A DNA stretch of 64,000 bases from contig JBHJGV010000061.1 in NCBI GenBank assembly GCA_050331455.1, positions 1,136 to 65,135 of the forward strand. The letters run 5' to 3'. A model generated the notes under the pieces. The model ran no database searches. It saw nothing but the letters and a program-made list of their open reading frames with translations, and was not told where the DNA came from. The position numbers and the translations under genes were made by a program. This document shows positions 48,098-58,759 of the stretch, piece after piece. Position 1 is the stretch's first letter. Every line of letters begins with the position of its first letter. Source of the DNA: Alphaproteobacteria bacterium (GTDB taxonomy: Bacteria > Pseudomonadota > Alphaproteobacteria > JAJFIK01).

Positions 48098-49801
48098 GTG
48101 GCGCTGTTTCCGTGGACCAACAACAACCTAAGGCAGCCAGACGAGCAGATCCCCTATAGCCGGCCGAAATTCAAGACCAAGCCGGTCCAGCCCAATACGC
48201 CCATGCCGGCCACGGAACTGTTCGGCCCGCCGCCCGATCGGGTCAGCCCACGGGTCGGTCGCGGGACCCCTGCTGACAAAGCCCCCGATCCCTTTCTGGG
48301 CACGGAACGCATTCCGGCATCGCGCTATACCAGCCGGGATTTCATGACCCTTGAATGGGAGCGGATGTGGAGCCAGGTGTGGCTGATGGCCTGCCGGGAG
48401 AGCGATATCGCCAAGCCCGGCACGGTCGTACCGTTCCAGATTGGGCGCGATACGATCCTGATCCTGCGTCAATGGGACGACAGCATCCGGGCCTTCTATA
48501 ATGTCTGTCAGCACCGGGGCAGCCGCCTTCTGCCTACGGACGGTAGCCAGAACCCGACCCAAGTCAGCAGCCTGAAATGCGGGTTCCACCATTGGGAGTG
48601 GGACCTGGACGGCAGCCTGCGGTCGGTGCCCGATCCGGAAACCTTTCCCCAGGGCATTCCGTGCAATGATCTTGCCTTGAATGAAGTCCGGTGCGCCAAA
48701 TGGGGCGGGTGGGTCTTCATCTGCCTCGATCCGGAGGTCGAAAGCCTCGAAGAGTATCTTGAGAACCTGCCCGAGCATCTCAACTGCTACCGCTTCGAAA
48801 ATCTGGTGCACCAGATCGACCGGACCGTCACCTGGCCGTGCAACTGGAAAACGGCCATGGACATCTTCTCCGAGACCTATCATGTCCAGGCTGTCCATCC
48901 GCAGCTGATGGGGTGGACGGAAGATTACCATGTCCAGATCGACACCTATGGGCGGCACAGCCGGATGCTGGTCCCGTTCTACCAGCCCTCGACCCGCAAT
49001 CCGGATCAGACCTCGCTCAGCCCCGATATCGCCAATCAACTGGCCAATATGGGCATCCTTGCGCGGGATTTCGAAGGCCGACCCGCCGCGGCACGCCGGG
49101 CTCTGCAAAAGGCAAAGCGGGCGATAGAAGACCGGGCCATCCACCTGCCCTACCGCAACCTCAATGACGAGCAGTTGACGGACAATTATCACTACACGGT
49201 GTTTCCGAATGTCGCGATGAACATCTTCGCCGACTACACGCTCATGATGCGGATGCGGCCCCACGAGGCCGACCCGAACCAGTGTTATTGCGATGTCCAG
49301 ATTCTGGTCTATCAGGATCCCGGCAACACCAAAAAGCGACCGGTCCACACCGTTCATCACGAAGCGGATGTTTCGCTCGGCGATGTCATCGACCAGGATG
49401 CGGCACGCCTGCGCGAGGTTCAGGCAGGTTTGCGCAGCGGCGGATTCCCGGGACTGTTCCTGGGCGAGCAGGAACGGCGCATCCGTCACTTCCACCAGGT
49501 CCTGATGGCCTATGTGGATTTCGATCCCGCCTGGGATGGTGAAGCCGCGCTGGAGCAGACAGACCAACCGTCCACGGGACCCATGGGTCCCGCGGCGGAT
49601 CCGGCCTATCGGCCTGCACCGACACCGCCGCAACAGCCACCGGTGGGTGGTCCGCCCCCAAGCGGCGGTCCCTATGCCGCTGCGGTACCCGGAACACCGC
49701 CGGGCGGTCAGGCCGCACAGCAACCGCCCGAAGGCACGGACCCGGCCCATCCGGGCTTCACCGGCACGATCCCGGGCGGGTTCCTTCCTTCGGATTCCTG
49801 A
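48098..49801 (+). CDS. Rieske non-heme iron ring-hydroxylating oxygenase alpha subunit
   Basis: NVCQHRG...CGFHHW Rieske site; NWK, ETYH...VH, QD mononuclear Fe ligands; Pro-rich termini. Confidence 0.9.
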   Translation: MALFPWTNNNLRQPDEQIPYSRPKFKTKPVQPNTPMPATELFGPPPDRVSPRVGRGTPADKAPDPFLGTERIPASRYTSRDFMTLEWERMWSQVWLMACRESDIAKPGTVVPFQIGRDTILILRQWDDSIRAFYNVCQHRGSRLLPTDGSQNPTQVSSLKCGFHHWEWDLDGSLRSVPDPETFPQGIPCNDLALNEVRCAKWGGWVFICLDPEVESLEEYLENLPEHLNCYRFENLVHQIDRTVTWPCNWKTAMDIFSETYHVQAVHPQLMGWTEDYHVQIDTYGRHSRMLVPFYQPSTRNPDQTSLSPDIANQLANMGILARDFEGRPAAARRALQKAKRAIEDRAIHLPYRNLNDEQLTDNYHYTVFPNVAMNIFADYTLMMRMRPHEADPNQCYCDVQILVYQDPGNTKKRPVHTVHHEADVSLGDVIDQDAARLREVQAGLRSGGFPGLFLGEQERRIRHFHQVLMAYVDFDPAWDGEAALEQTDQPSTGPMGPAADPAYRPAPTPPQQPPVGGPPPSGGPYAAAVPGTPPGGQAAQQPPEGTDPAHPGFTGTIPGGFLPSDS

Positions 49802-49861
49802 CAGGGTTTACGAAAAACGACGTGGATTTGTTTTAAGGCGCCGGTTTTCGGCAGTGGGGGT

Positions 49862-50551
49862 TTACTGAATCGCCCCCAGCATGCTGTCGATCACGACGGG
49901 ATCGCTCTCGTCAACCACGGTCACATCGCCCGGCACGCTATAATGGGCTTCCGGCCCGCCGCTTCCAATCGTAACCGCGACCGCCTGTTTCAAAAGCGGT
50001 GGCATACGGAAAGACAGCAGCAAGCCATCCTCCGACATACACCAGCGCGCTTTCGACTCGCCGCGGTTGGCCGCCCAGACGTCGCAGGTTTCGCCTGCAA
50101 TCTGCCGGCGTTCGCCGGTCGGCTCGCCGCCCAAGGCCCGGCCAAAATCCTCCGCGATTTCGGTACCGTCGCGCCCGGAGACATAGGTGAGCAACGCCCC
50201 GCCATCTTCCTGGAAGACCCGCACGGCCTCCCGCTTCGCCAGGTCGATGGCGACCACGGTGTCGGCGCGCTGGATGACCCGGTGGTGCAACGAGGGCAGA
50301 CTGTTATCGTCAACGGGCGTGAGTTTCTGGATCTGCACGCTTTCCCGGCCGTATTTGCGGGCACATTCCGTCACGGTGCCTTTCTGGAGGCCTGAAATCC
50401 GATATTCAATGCAGTAGGCCTCCAGGGGGTGGAAGCGTTCTTGGGCTGTGGCCGCCGTGCCAACGAGGCCGGCGGTAAACGCCAGGACCGGCATGAGGCG
50501 CCCTAAAGTGAAGACCCCGCTGTCAAACGTCGACGCGCACATCCGTGCCAT
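49862..50551 (-). CDS. Hypothetical exported protein (DUF4412-like)
   Basis: Signal-like segment, TGERRQIAGETCDVW, terminal SVP; GAGGAGGG SD. Confidence 0.55.
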   Translation of the reverse strand: MARMCASTFDSGVFTLGRLMPVLAFTAGLVGTAATAQERFHPLEAYCIEYRISGLQKGTVTECARKYGRESVQIQKLTPVDDNSLPSLHHRVIQRADTVVAIDLAKREAVRVFQEDGGALLTYVSGRDGTEIAEDFGRALGGEPTGERRQIAGETCDVWAANRGESKARWCMSEDGLLLSFRMPPLLKQAVAVTIGSGGPEAHYSVPGDVTVVDESDPVVIDSMLGAIQ

Positions 50552-50761
50552 GTCACTCACCCTCCTCGTCCGACATTTCAACCCGTGCGATGATTGGGCC
50601 CGCCTCCCTTGCATCGCCCTGGCCTTCCAGATTGCTCCTTCGCCCCTGATGCCCACTTACCCACTAGCCGGGAGAGTCGCCGCAGGGACAAGGCAAACCA
50701 GAAGCCTTAAGTGAATGTAACAAGCAGTTGCCTGGTATTGGGCAGTGGGAAAGACCGTCCG

Positions 50762-52729
50762 ATGGCAGAAAGAAGGCCCAACGGGCCGGCTCATTGGGTC
50801 ACGGCGCCGGCGCCGCTGATATGGCGGGATGGGACCCCGACGTCCCGGCACTTCGATGACATTTATTTTTCGCCGGAAGACGGGTTTGCGGAGACCCGGC
50901 ATGTCTTTCTTGCCGGCACGGGTTTGCCAGAGGCCTGGGGCGGGCACAAGAGCTTCGTGATCGGCGAAACGGGCTTTGGCACGGGGCTCAACTTTGTCGC
51001 CGCATGGGATCTCTGGCGGCGCACCCGACCGTCCCATGGCCGCCTCCATTTCGTGAGCGCGGAAGCCTATCCATTGGCCGGCGACGATATCCGCCGGGCG
51101 CTTGATGCCTTTCCGAAGCTCCGGCCCCTTGCCGGGCGGCTGGCGGCGCGCCTCGGCACACCGCTGCCCGGCATCCACCGGTTTCATTTCGACGACGACG
51201 GCGTGCATCTCACCCTGCTGCATGGGGATGCCGCCGCCATGTTCGCGTCCCTCGACGCGCGGGTGGATGCCTGGTTTCTCGACGGCTTTTCCCCCGCGCG
51301 GAATGCCGCCATGTGGAACGAGGCAGTCTTTGAGCAGATGGCCCGCCTGTCGGCGCCGGATGCGCGTGTGGCCACCTTCACCGTGGCGGGCGCCGTGCGC
51401 CGGGGCCTTGCCGCCGCCGGTTTCACCGTGGAGCGGCGCCCCGGCTTCGGCCGAAAGAAGGAGATGCTGGTCGGGCGATATGCGGGCCCCCGCTGTGAAT
51501 CGGCCAAGACGGACACGCCCCGCAGTGCCCTGATCCTCGGAGCCGGTATTGCCGGGGCCTCCCTCGCTGCCGCTTTGACGCGGCGGGGCGTGCACACGGT
51601 CGTGGCCGATCCGGCGGGCACCCCGGCCGCAGGGGCATCGGGCAATCCCGCAGGCATTCTCATGCCCAGGCTGACGGTCGATCCGACACCCGCCGGCCGG
51701 CTCCATGTGGCCGCCTGCGCCTATGCCCTGCAATCCATTCAGCCCGAAGCCTGGATCGGCGAAGGGCCTCATGGCGTTCTGCAACTGGCAACCGATAGTC
51801 CCGAGTGGTTGCGTTTCCAGACCCTGATCCGGCAGGGCGCCATGCCCCGCAGTCTGCTTCGCCTTGTAGGACGGCGCGAAGCGAACAATCTGGCCGGCAC
51901 CCGGGTTGATCGGCCCGGCCTCCTGCACAGCCTTGGCGGTGCCGTCCATCCGCCGACCATGGTTCGGGCCCTCCTTGGCGAGACGCCGCTCGTCCGTGCC
52001 GCCGTATCCATTGGCCCGGACGGTGGGCCGATGGACCGGCTCGACGGGGTGGAAGGAATGCCGGATTTGGTGTTCGGCGCGAGCGGACCGGCCAGCGCGC
52101 AGCTCCCCCAGGCCCGGGCCTTGGGCCTGAAAGCGTCCCTCGGACAGATCCTGGCCCTCGATACGGGAACCGCGCCCATCGACCGGGTGATCACATTCGG
52201 CTCTTATGCGGCGCCAGGCCCCGGCGGCGGCCTTGTGGCCGGGTCCTCTTATACGCCGGTCGATATCGCCGCGCTTGCCTCCTCGCTGACGCCCGATCCG
52301 GCGGCACGCGGCGCCATCCTTTCGGCGCTCAAACGCTTCCTTCCGGATCTGGCGCTAACAGAAAAGAATGATACCTGGGCGGAGCGTCTGGCGGTCCGGG
52401 CCACCACGCCGGACCACCTGCCGGTCCTGGGTGCCCTGCCCCGCTTTGACGCTCTGGCTGCGTTGAGCCATGATTTACACCGCGGGCGGACAAAACCGAT
52501 TGATCCGTCGCCAAATGGTTGGCTGGCTCCCTACGCCTTTCCAAACTTATATGTCTGTTCAGGTCTAGGCTCAAGGGGCCTTGTCACTGCGCCCCTCTTG
52601 GCCGAGGTGCTGGTGTCGCAGATCTTTGGCGAGCCCGTGCCCCTGGAACGGGACCTTCGGGCCGCCATTCACCCGGCCCGGTTTCACCTTCGGGCCATGC
52701 GTAAGGGCCTGATCGCACCCCCGGATTAG
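50762..52729 (+). CDS. mnmC: Bifunctional tRNA mnm5s2U34 methyltransferase / FAD oxidoreductase
   Basis: FDDIYFS, ETGFGTGLNF, DAWFLDGFSPARN..MW, GFGRKKEM, GAGIAG, ASGN, RATTPDHLP, GLGSRG. Confidence 0.92.
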   Translation: MAERRPNGPAHWVTAPAPLIWRDGTPTSRHFDDIYFSPEDGFAETRHVFLAGTGLPEAWGGHKSFVIGETGFGTGLNFVAAWDLWRRTRPSHGRLHFVSAEAYPLAGDDIRRALDAFPKLRPLAGRLAARLGTPLPGIHRFHFDDDGVHLTLLHGDAAAMFASLDARVDAWFLDGFSPARNAAMWNEAVFEQMARLSAPDARVATFTVAGAVRRGLAAAGFTVERRPGFGRKKEMLVGRYAGPRCESAKTDTPRSALILGAGIAGASLAAALTRRGVHTVVADPAGTPAAGASGNPAGILMPRLTVDPTPAGRLHVAACAYALQSIQPEAWIGEGPHGVLQLATDSPEWLRFQTLIRQGAMPRSLLRLVGRREANNLAGTRVDRPGLLHSLGGAVHPPTMVRALLGETPLVRAAVSIGPDGGPMDRLDGVEGMPDLVFGASGPASAQLPQARALGLKASLGQILALDTGTAPIDRVITFGSYAAPGPGGGLVAGSSYTPVDIAALASSLTPDPAARGAILSALKRFLPDLALTEKNDTWAERLAVRATTPDHLPVLGALPRFDALAALSHDLHRGRTKPIDPSPNGWLAPYAFPNLYVCSGLGSRGLVTAPLLAEVLVSQIFGEPVPLERDLRAAIHPARFHLRAMRKGLIAPPD

Positions 52730-53195
52730 CGCATGGCTATACACGCAATTCAGGGGGCGCAGAAAACGCACAGAAAAAAAGTAACCCCCGCATCCAAATT
52801 TATGGACGCCCCCGAGAGGTGGTGATAGCGTGCCTCTCCATCTTGCGGAAACACAGCAACCAACAAGGACTTTCTCGACCGCGTTCCCAGCCATTTGCTT
52901 GAAAAACGATGCTGCGCACGTGAAGAAAGCATTCGGTTTTCAATATATTTCCGCCTACTGACTGATCTCCCTTGCGGAGGGTCGGTCGACCGTCGGACTA
53001 TGGGATTTGTGTCCGTGATCGTCCGTGTTTGGATCATCGTCTCGTGTGCACCAGACCCTCTGGGCAGACGAGATCATCACTCATACGGCACACGGGCCAC
53101 GCTGCCGTCTCCCGATATATCGGTTACGGCGCGCCCCGGTTCCGTAGTCTTCAAGAACCGGGACATGCCGACGGCATGCCACTGACACCGGGCAT

Positions 53196-53975
53196 ATGAC
53201 CTGTGGGGGGTCGCGAATGACGTTAAAAACGGGTGACTGGGAGGGACAAGGGGATGTCCTCCCATCAATGAAAACCCATCCGGCATCTGATGGGTTGCCT
53301 GATGCGTTGGATGCGCCTTCGCCGAGCCAGTCTGCAGCGGGCCCGATAAATGGCCCGGCCAAGAAAGAGCGATCGCGCGCGGCAACGCCCTGCGATGCCT
53401 ATGGTGCCGACGCCCCGATGCAACGGGATCCCTTGATGCCGCGGGACGGAAAGTCTCCCCTTACGGCCTACAGCCTCGATGCGTTGATCAGTATGCGTGA
53501 CCGGTTCCTGTCCGAGTGCTTCGATATCGAGAGCGGGCGCCGCTATGTTATCGATGCCGACGATGCCGAGAGCAGACTGAGCGTCCTGCGTCAGCGTATT
53601 GACGAAATCCATGAGGAAATGGCCCAGCGGGACATGGGACAGGCGCCGGGCCCCAAACCCCTTGAGCCCCTGCGCCCCAGCGCGCCGCTGTTGTTCGTCG
53701 AGACGCAAGCGCATCGACCGGTCGACCGGGAGGTCCGGCCGAGCACCTGGAGCTCGGCCCCTTCCCAGGCGGTATCATCGGCCGATTTTTCGTCCGACAA
53801 ACCCGGCGGGATCGAACCAGGGACGGCGGATCTCGCCGCGCGCATGGAGGCTCGCATCCGCCTGCTCGACCGAATGGCGGAGCAGGCCGAACTCCAGGGC
53901 GCGTTTTCGGACGCCGTGGCCTGCATCCGCGCGGCGCAGGATCTCGATCGGGAGCGCGAAGCGTTTCGGGATTGA
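53196..53975 (+). CDS. Hypothetical protein
   Basis: 259-aa ORF with two helical blocks and Pro/Ser linkers; start uncertain (53217 or 53268 also possible). Confidence 0.55.
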   Translation: MTCGGSRMTLKTGDWEGQGDVLPSMKTHPASDGLPDALDAPSPSQSAAGPINGPAKKERSRAATPCDAYGADAPMQRDPLMPRDGKSPLTAYSLDALISMRDRFLSECFDIESGRRYVIDADDAESRLSVLRQRIDEIHEEMAQRDMGQAPGPKPLEPLRPSAPLLFVETQAHRPVDREVRPSTWSSAPSQAVSSADFSSDKPGGIEPGTADLAARMEARIRLLDRMAEQAELQGAFSDAVACIRAAQDLDREREAFRD

Positions 53976-54069
53976 ATGACATGCTGGGCGCGCGGTCCGG
54001 GGCCAGACTCCCCTCGTATTCCTTTTTTGAACACGTCTCCTGTTGCAAGGACCAATGAGGGGCGAACGG

Positions 54070-54100
54070 AAAAAAGGGGCGGATCCGAAGATCCGCCCCC
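54070..54100 (-). terminator. Rho-independent terminator
   Basis: Minus strand GGGGCGGATC-TTCG-GATCCGCCCC-TTTTTT (UUCG tetraloop). Confidence 0.88.
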
Positions 54101-54136
54101 CATTTGATTTTGGTACGATCCGCGGTATGCCGATAA

Positions 54137-54769
54137 TCAGTATTTCACGGAACAACCATAGGGTGTTGTCACCGCTTCGGTCACGGCCTCGCCCGCTTCC
54201 AGTTCACCGAGGGCGATCCGGACATAGTTGCGTGCGCCTTCGACCGTGCTCTTGCGGCTCGTTGGCTTATCATCAATTGCGCCCATATAGCGGAGCACAC
54301 CGTCCTCATCCACAATATACATATGCGGCGTCGTCTTGGCGTCGTACAGTCGGCCGATGTCCCCGGACTCGTCCAGGATCACATAGTCCGGGCTGGCATT
54401 GCGCTTTTCCGTGAGGGCATTGGCTTCCTGGGCCGACACATGACCCTGCTTTCCGGGGGCGGACGAGATGACCGTCACCCAGACCACATCGCGCTCGGCC
54501 GCGTCTTCCTGAAGGCTCTGCATGTTGTCCGTGTCGTAGTGTTTACGGACATAGGGGCAGTCATGGTTGGTCCATTCCAGGATGACCTTGCGGCCCTCTT
54601 TGGCCATGGAGGACAGGGTGAACGTCCCACCGTCGGACGTGGTGCCGGTGAAGTCCGGCGCCGCCTTATTGACGTCCGGTGCCGCCATGGACACGCCCAT
54701 CGCGGCGATGGTCACACTGGCCGCCGTTGCCGTGGCCACGGCCACGCGTTTGATCGCAAGACTCAGCAT
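54137..54769 (-). CDS. Exported AhpC/TSA-type redoxin
   Basis: Signal peptide, APDF, EWTNHDCPYVRKHY, AKTTPHM, Y.GAIDD, PYGCSVKY. Confidence 0.9.
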   Translation of the reverse strand: MLSLAIKRVAVATATAASVTIAAMGVSMAAPDVNKAAPDFTGTTSDGGTFTLSSMAKEGRKVILEWTNHDCPYVRKHYDTDNMQSLQEDAAERDVVWVTVISSAPGKQGHVSAQEANALTEKRNASPDYVILDESGDIGRLYDAKTTPHMYIVDEDGVLRYMGAIDDKPTSRKSTVEGARNYVRIALGELEAGEAVTEAVTTPYGCSVKY

Positions 54770-54795
54770 CGCTCCCTCCACTTGGTTCTGTCCGT

Positions 54796-57135
54796 CTACA
54801 GAGACTTGACGGTCTCCAGGATCACGGATTCACGCAACAATTGCGGCAGAATGATGGGGTCGGGCGCCGTTCCATCCGCACCGCGCGGCGGATAGAAGAC
54901 ATAGAGCGGCACGCCGCTGCGCCCGAACCGGTCCAGCATCTCGGTGATCTGGGCGTCCCGGTTGGTCCAGTCACCCTTCATGTAGACGATCCCCGCCTCC
55001 TCGAACCGGCGGGCCACGGCCGGCTGACTAAAGGCGACCCGCTCATTGACCAGGCAGGTGATGCACCAGGCCGCCGTGACGTTCAGGAACACGGGCGTGC
55101 CTCCGGCCCGCAGGGCCTCAAGGCGGTCGGGATCGAAGGCCACGGCCTCCAGACCGCCATCGGCCATGGCCACGCTTTGAGAGGCCTGCGCCGTAGAGGC
55201 CCCATCAACGCCGTCACGGCTGGCAAAGACCAGCAGGGTGCCCGCGCCGAGAAGCGCAACGGCTGCCGCCAGCCGGACCGTGACCTGGCCGGCCCCGCCG
55301 GTCGACAGGCTGCCGCGCTGGGTCAGTCCGAACAGCCAGGCGCCGAAGCCGAGTACGACCCCCGCCGCCAGCACCAGGGCAAGCCCAGGCGCGCCCACCT
55401 GCTGGGTGAGAACCCACAGCAGCCAGGCCGCGGTGCCAAACATGGGAAAGGCCAGGACCTGGCGGACGATCTCCATCCAGGCGCCGGGTTTCGGCAGATG
55501 GCGGAGCAGACCGGGCACGAAACTGAGCACCAGCCAGGGCAGCGCCATGCCTAAACCAAGGGCGGCGAACACCGTCAGAGAAAACAGGACAGGCTGGGTC
55601 AACGCCGCAGCGATGGCCGCACCCATGAACGGCGCCGTGCAGGGCGTCGCCACGACCGTGGCCAGGGTACCGGTCAAGAACGCCCCGACCGCTCCGCCCC
55701 GGTCTCCCAGGTCGCCGCCGGCTCCCATGATCGAGGTACCAATCTCGAACACGCCGGACAGGTTAAGCCCGATCGCCAGCATCAGAAGGAACAGGGATCC
55801 CATCACCAAGGGATCCTGGAGCTGGAAGCCCCAGCCGATCTGGGCCCCGCCGGCCCGCAAGGCGATGAACAGGCCTGCCAGTGCCACGAAGGACACCACG
55901 ACGCCCGCGGTAAAGGCGAGCCCATGCAGGCGGGCCACCATGGGGCCCTCCTGGGCCGCCGCGACAAGACCGAAGGCCTTCATGAACAGGATGGGGAACA
56001 CGCACGGCATCAGATTGAGGATCAGGCCGCCGAGCAGGGCAAAGAGCAGCGCCTGCCCAAGACCGATCTGAAGGGCCGCTGGGCCGCCGGGGGCAGACGT
56101 GCCCAGGGCCGTGGCCGCCAGCCCCTCGCTGAGCGATCCGGCCTGCGCCGTGATGCGGATGCCCCGGTGCAGCGTCTCGCCCGTACTGCGATCCGTCAGC
56201 ACCAACAGCCCGGACACGGTCGACGGCGCCTTGGACCCATCACCGCGGAACAAAAATCCGGCGCCGGTCGACAGGCTGAACCCATCGGGCCCATAGCGCA
56301 CGATTTGCGGTGCCGGATTGTCGATGACCCCGCTTTCGTCCGGGAAAAATACCATCGCCTCGACCCGGCCAGGGCCGAATGTGCCCTCCAGTTCCGGGGC
56401 CGAAACACCCAGGGCGAAGGTGCCATCCGAGACCGAAAACCGGGAGGGCCAGGGCACGGTCTGGGGCAGTGCCTCCCGCGCCGCCGCGATAAGGGGGGCT
56501 GCCTCGGGATCGGCGACCGGCGTGCCGGCCTCGACGGGCAATTCAAGGCGCAGCACGGCGTCCTGGGGAATGCAGATTTCCTCGCAGACCAGCCAATAGG
56601 CATGGGCCTCAAGGGGGAGCCGGGCGCCCGGTGTTAGGCCTGCGGGCACGGTGACGGGCACCAGCAGCACCGCCTCGTCCTCGAACCCGAAATTGACCAG
56701 CGGACCGTAGGGCAGCCGCTCCGGCAGGGGCCAGCCCATCTCACCGGCCTCGAAGCCTTCGGGGAGCGACCATTCCAGAACCGTCGGCTCGCCCGAGTCC
56801 CCCGGGTTTTTGTAATAGGTATGCCAGCCCGGGATCATGGTCTGGCGCAGGGCCATCCACATCACCCCGCCCTCGGCGGGCAATGTGCGCCATTCGGCCA
56901 GGAGGGCGACCTTCACTTCATCCGTGCTCGCGGTGGATTGACCGTCCTGGTCACCAGATCCGGGCGGCGGCGTGTCGAGCCCCGGCATGGCCTCCCCCGG
57001 CGCGCGCGACATCAGCGCCCGGCCGGCGTCCGCCGATGCCGCATGGGCGGTCTGGACCGTGATCGGCGCAAGCCAGGTCCCGAAGATCATGCTCGCCAAG
57101 ATCAGGGCATTCACCATCGGGGCAATGGACTTCAT
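54796..57135 (-). CDS. DsbD/ScsB-family thiol:disulfide interchange protein
   Basis: WHTYYKNPGDSG, CEEIC, MPCVFP and TPCTAP membrane Cys, WCITC thioredoxin domain. Confidence 0.92.
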   Translation of the reverse strand: MKSIAPMVNALILASMIFGTWLAPITVQTAHAASADAGRALMSRAPGEAMPGLDTPPPGSGDQDGQSTASTDEVKVALLAEWRTLPAEGGVMWMALRQTMIPGWHTYYKNPGDSGEPTVLEWSLPEGFEAGEMGWPLPERLPYGPLVNFGFEDEAVLLVPVTVPAGLTPGARLPLEAHAYWLVCEEICIPQDAVLRLELPVEAGTPVADPEAAPLIAAAREALPQTVPWPSRFSVSDGTFALGVSAPELEGTFGPGRVEAMVFFPDESGVIDNPAPQIVRYGPDGFSLSTGAGFLFRGDGSKAPSTVSGLLVLTDRSTGETLHRGIRITAQAGSLSEGLAATALGTSAPGGPAALQIGLGQALLFALLGGLILNLMPCVFPILFMKAFGLVAAAQEGPMVARLHGLAFTAGVVVSFVALAGLFIALRAGGAQIGWGFQLQDPLVMGSLFLLMLAIGLNLSGVFEIGTSIMGAGGDLGDRGGAVGAFLTGTLATVVATPCTAPFMGAAIAAALTQPVLFSLTVFAALGLGMALPWLVLSFVPGLLRHLPKPGAWMEIVRQVLAFPMFGTAAWLLWVLTQQVGAPGLALVLAAGVVLGFGAWLFGLTQRGSLSTGGAGQVTVRLAAAVALLGAGTLLVFASRDGVDGASTAQASQSVAMADGGLEAVAFDPDRLEALRAGGTPVFLNVTAAWCITCLVNERVAFSQPAVARRFEEAGIVYMKGDWTNRDAQITEMLDRFGRSGVPLYVFYPPRGADGTAPDPIILPQLLRESVILETVKSL

Positions 57136-57259
57136 TCGCAAAGCGTTCTCTCCTGTTGAGGACGAGGCTGGTCTCTCCTGTTCCGCCGTCCATGCGACGG
57201 ACGCGCTCCAGGGTCAAGGCACCGGCCGATAAGTCCAACCAATTTTTAGGGAGAAGAGC

Positions 57260-58279
57260 ATGAGCCGCACAAACCGCCAGTGGATTCTGGCGCGCCGTCC
57301 GGTGGGCGACATCCAGGACGGCGATTTGCGTTTCGTCGAGACGCCCGTTGCCGATCCCGCCGACGGCACCATTCTGGTCCGCAACATCTATCTGTCCCTC
57401 GACCCGACAAACCGGATTTGGATGTCCGACCGGCCGCAATATATGCCGCCCGTGGAGGTCGGCGACGTGATGCGCGGCGGCACCATGGGCGTCGTGGAAG
57501 CCTCCCGCCATCCTCGTTTCAAAGAGGGCGACATCGTCATGCCCGGGCTCGGCAACTGGCAGGACTATGTCACCGTTTCGGGCGATATGGCCTCGCCGGT
57601 GCCCCAGGGCCTGGGCTTTCCCCTGGACGCCTGGATGAGCGTGCTCGGCATGACCGGCGCTACGGCCTATTTCGGCATGAAGGAGATCGGCGAGCCCCAG
57701 CCCGGCGAGACCCTGATCGTCTCGGCCGCCGCGGGCGCCGTGGGGTCCGTGGCGGGCCAGATCGGCCGTATCCGGGGCTGCCGGGTCATCGGCCTGGCCG
57801 GATCGGATGACAAATGCCGGTGGGTGACGGAAGATCTGGGCTTTGAGGCTTGCATCAACTACAAGACCGAGGATGTGGCTGCGCGCCTTGACGCCCTGTG
57901 CCCGGACGGCATCGATATCGATTTCGAGAATGTCGGCGGTCAGATCATGGATGCGATCCTGGCGCGGATCAACAACTATGCCCGCATCGTGCTCTGTGGG
58001 CTGATTTCGGACTACAATGCCCTGGATCCGGTGCCCGGCCCGGTCAATTTTCCCATGCTGCTGATGCGCAGGGCACGGTGCCAGGGTTTCATCGTGAGTG
58101 ATTATTTCCCGCGCATGCAGGAATTCATCGGAGAGGCAGGGCCATGGCTGGCGCAAGGCATGCTGAAATACAGGACGGATATCGTGGAGGGCCTGGAGAA
58201 CGCGCCGGAGGCGGTGAAGCGCCTGTTTACGGGCGGGAATATGGGCAAGCTGCTGGTTCGGGTCAGTCCGGAGCCGTGA
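57260..58279 (+). CDS. NADP-dependent oxidoreductase (CurA/prostaglandin reductase family)
   Basis: LSLDP, LGMTGATAYFG, SAAAGAVGS, FENVGG, CGLISDYN, GKLLV. Confidence 0.92.
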   Translation: MSRTNRQWILARRPVGDIQDGDLRFVETPVADPADGTILVRNIYLSLDPTNRIWMSDRPQYMPPVEVGDVMRGGTMGVVEASRHPRFKEGDIVMPGLGNWQDYVTVSGDMASPVPQGLGFPLDAWMSVLGMTGATAYFGMKEIGEPQPGETLIVSAAAGAVGSVAGQIGRIRGCRVIGLAGSDDKCRWVTEDLGFEACINYKTEDVAARLDALCPDGIDIDFENVGGQIMDAILARINNYARIVLCGLISDYNALDPVPGPVNFPMLLMRRARCQGFIVSDYFPRMQEFIGEAGPWLAQGMLKYRTDIVEGLENAPEAVKRLFTGGNMGKLLVRVSPEP

Positions 58280-58749
58280 ACCACGCCACCCACCGCACGC
58301 CGGACCTGCCGGAGGGCACTCGCTTCGACGTGATCGACGACCCCACGCCGGGGGAGCGGGCCGTGATCGACAAGGGCCTGCAGGCCCATGCGGCCCGCCT
58401 GTCCGTGCCGCTCCAGCGCGAGCCCCTCGCCATCATGCTGCGGGACGAGGACGGCGACATTCTCGCCGGGCTCCTCGCCCACTGGTACGCCGCTCACGGC
58501 GCCTGCATCATCCAGGATTTGTGGGTGCACGAAGAGTTGCGTGGCCGGGGCATCGGCCATGGCCTGATGATGCGCCTGGAGAACGAATTGCTGATGCGGG
58601 GCTGCCGGCTGATCCATCTCGACCTGATGGATTTCCAGGCCCGGGATTTTTTCCAGGATCTTGGTTTCGAGATCGTTGGATCGGTCGCCTATCCCACCTC
58701 GGGACGGGCCCGCTTGTTCCTGGCAAAGGAATTGACCGCCACCGGATGA
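58276..58749 (+). CDS. GNAT family N-acetyltransferase
   Basis: LWVHEELRGRGIG, FQARDFF..LGF; GTGA overlap with the upstream gene. Confidence 0.85.
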   Translation: MNHATHRTPDLPEGTRFDVIDDPTPGERAVIDKGLQAHAARLSVPLQREPLAIMLRDEDGDILAGLLAHWYAAHGACIIQDLWVHEELRGRGIGHGLMMRLENELLMRGCRLIHLDLMDFQARDFFQDLGFEIVGSVAYPTSGRARLFLAKELTATG

Positions 58750-58759
58750 TTCTGCGCCG

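Noticed and set aside
52440-52580. Lower-GC patch inside mnmC as a foreign insertion
   Set aside because: Frame and GLGSRG motif are intact, and there are no flanking repeats or mobility genes
53196-53975. Faint resemblance of the C-terminus to phage terminase small-subunit helices
   Set aside because: No diagnostic motif and no phage genes nearby
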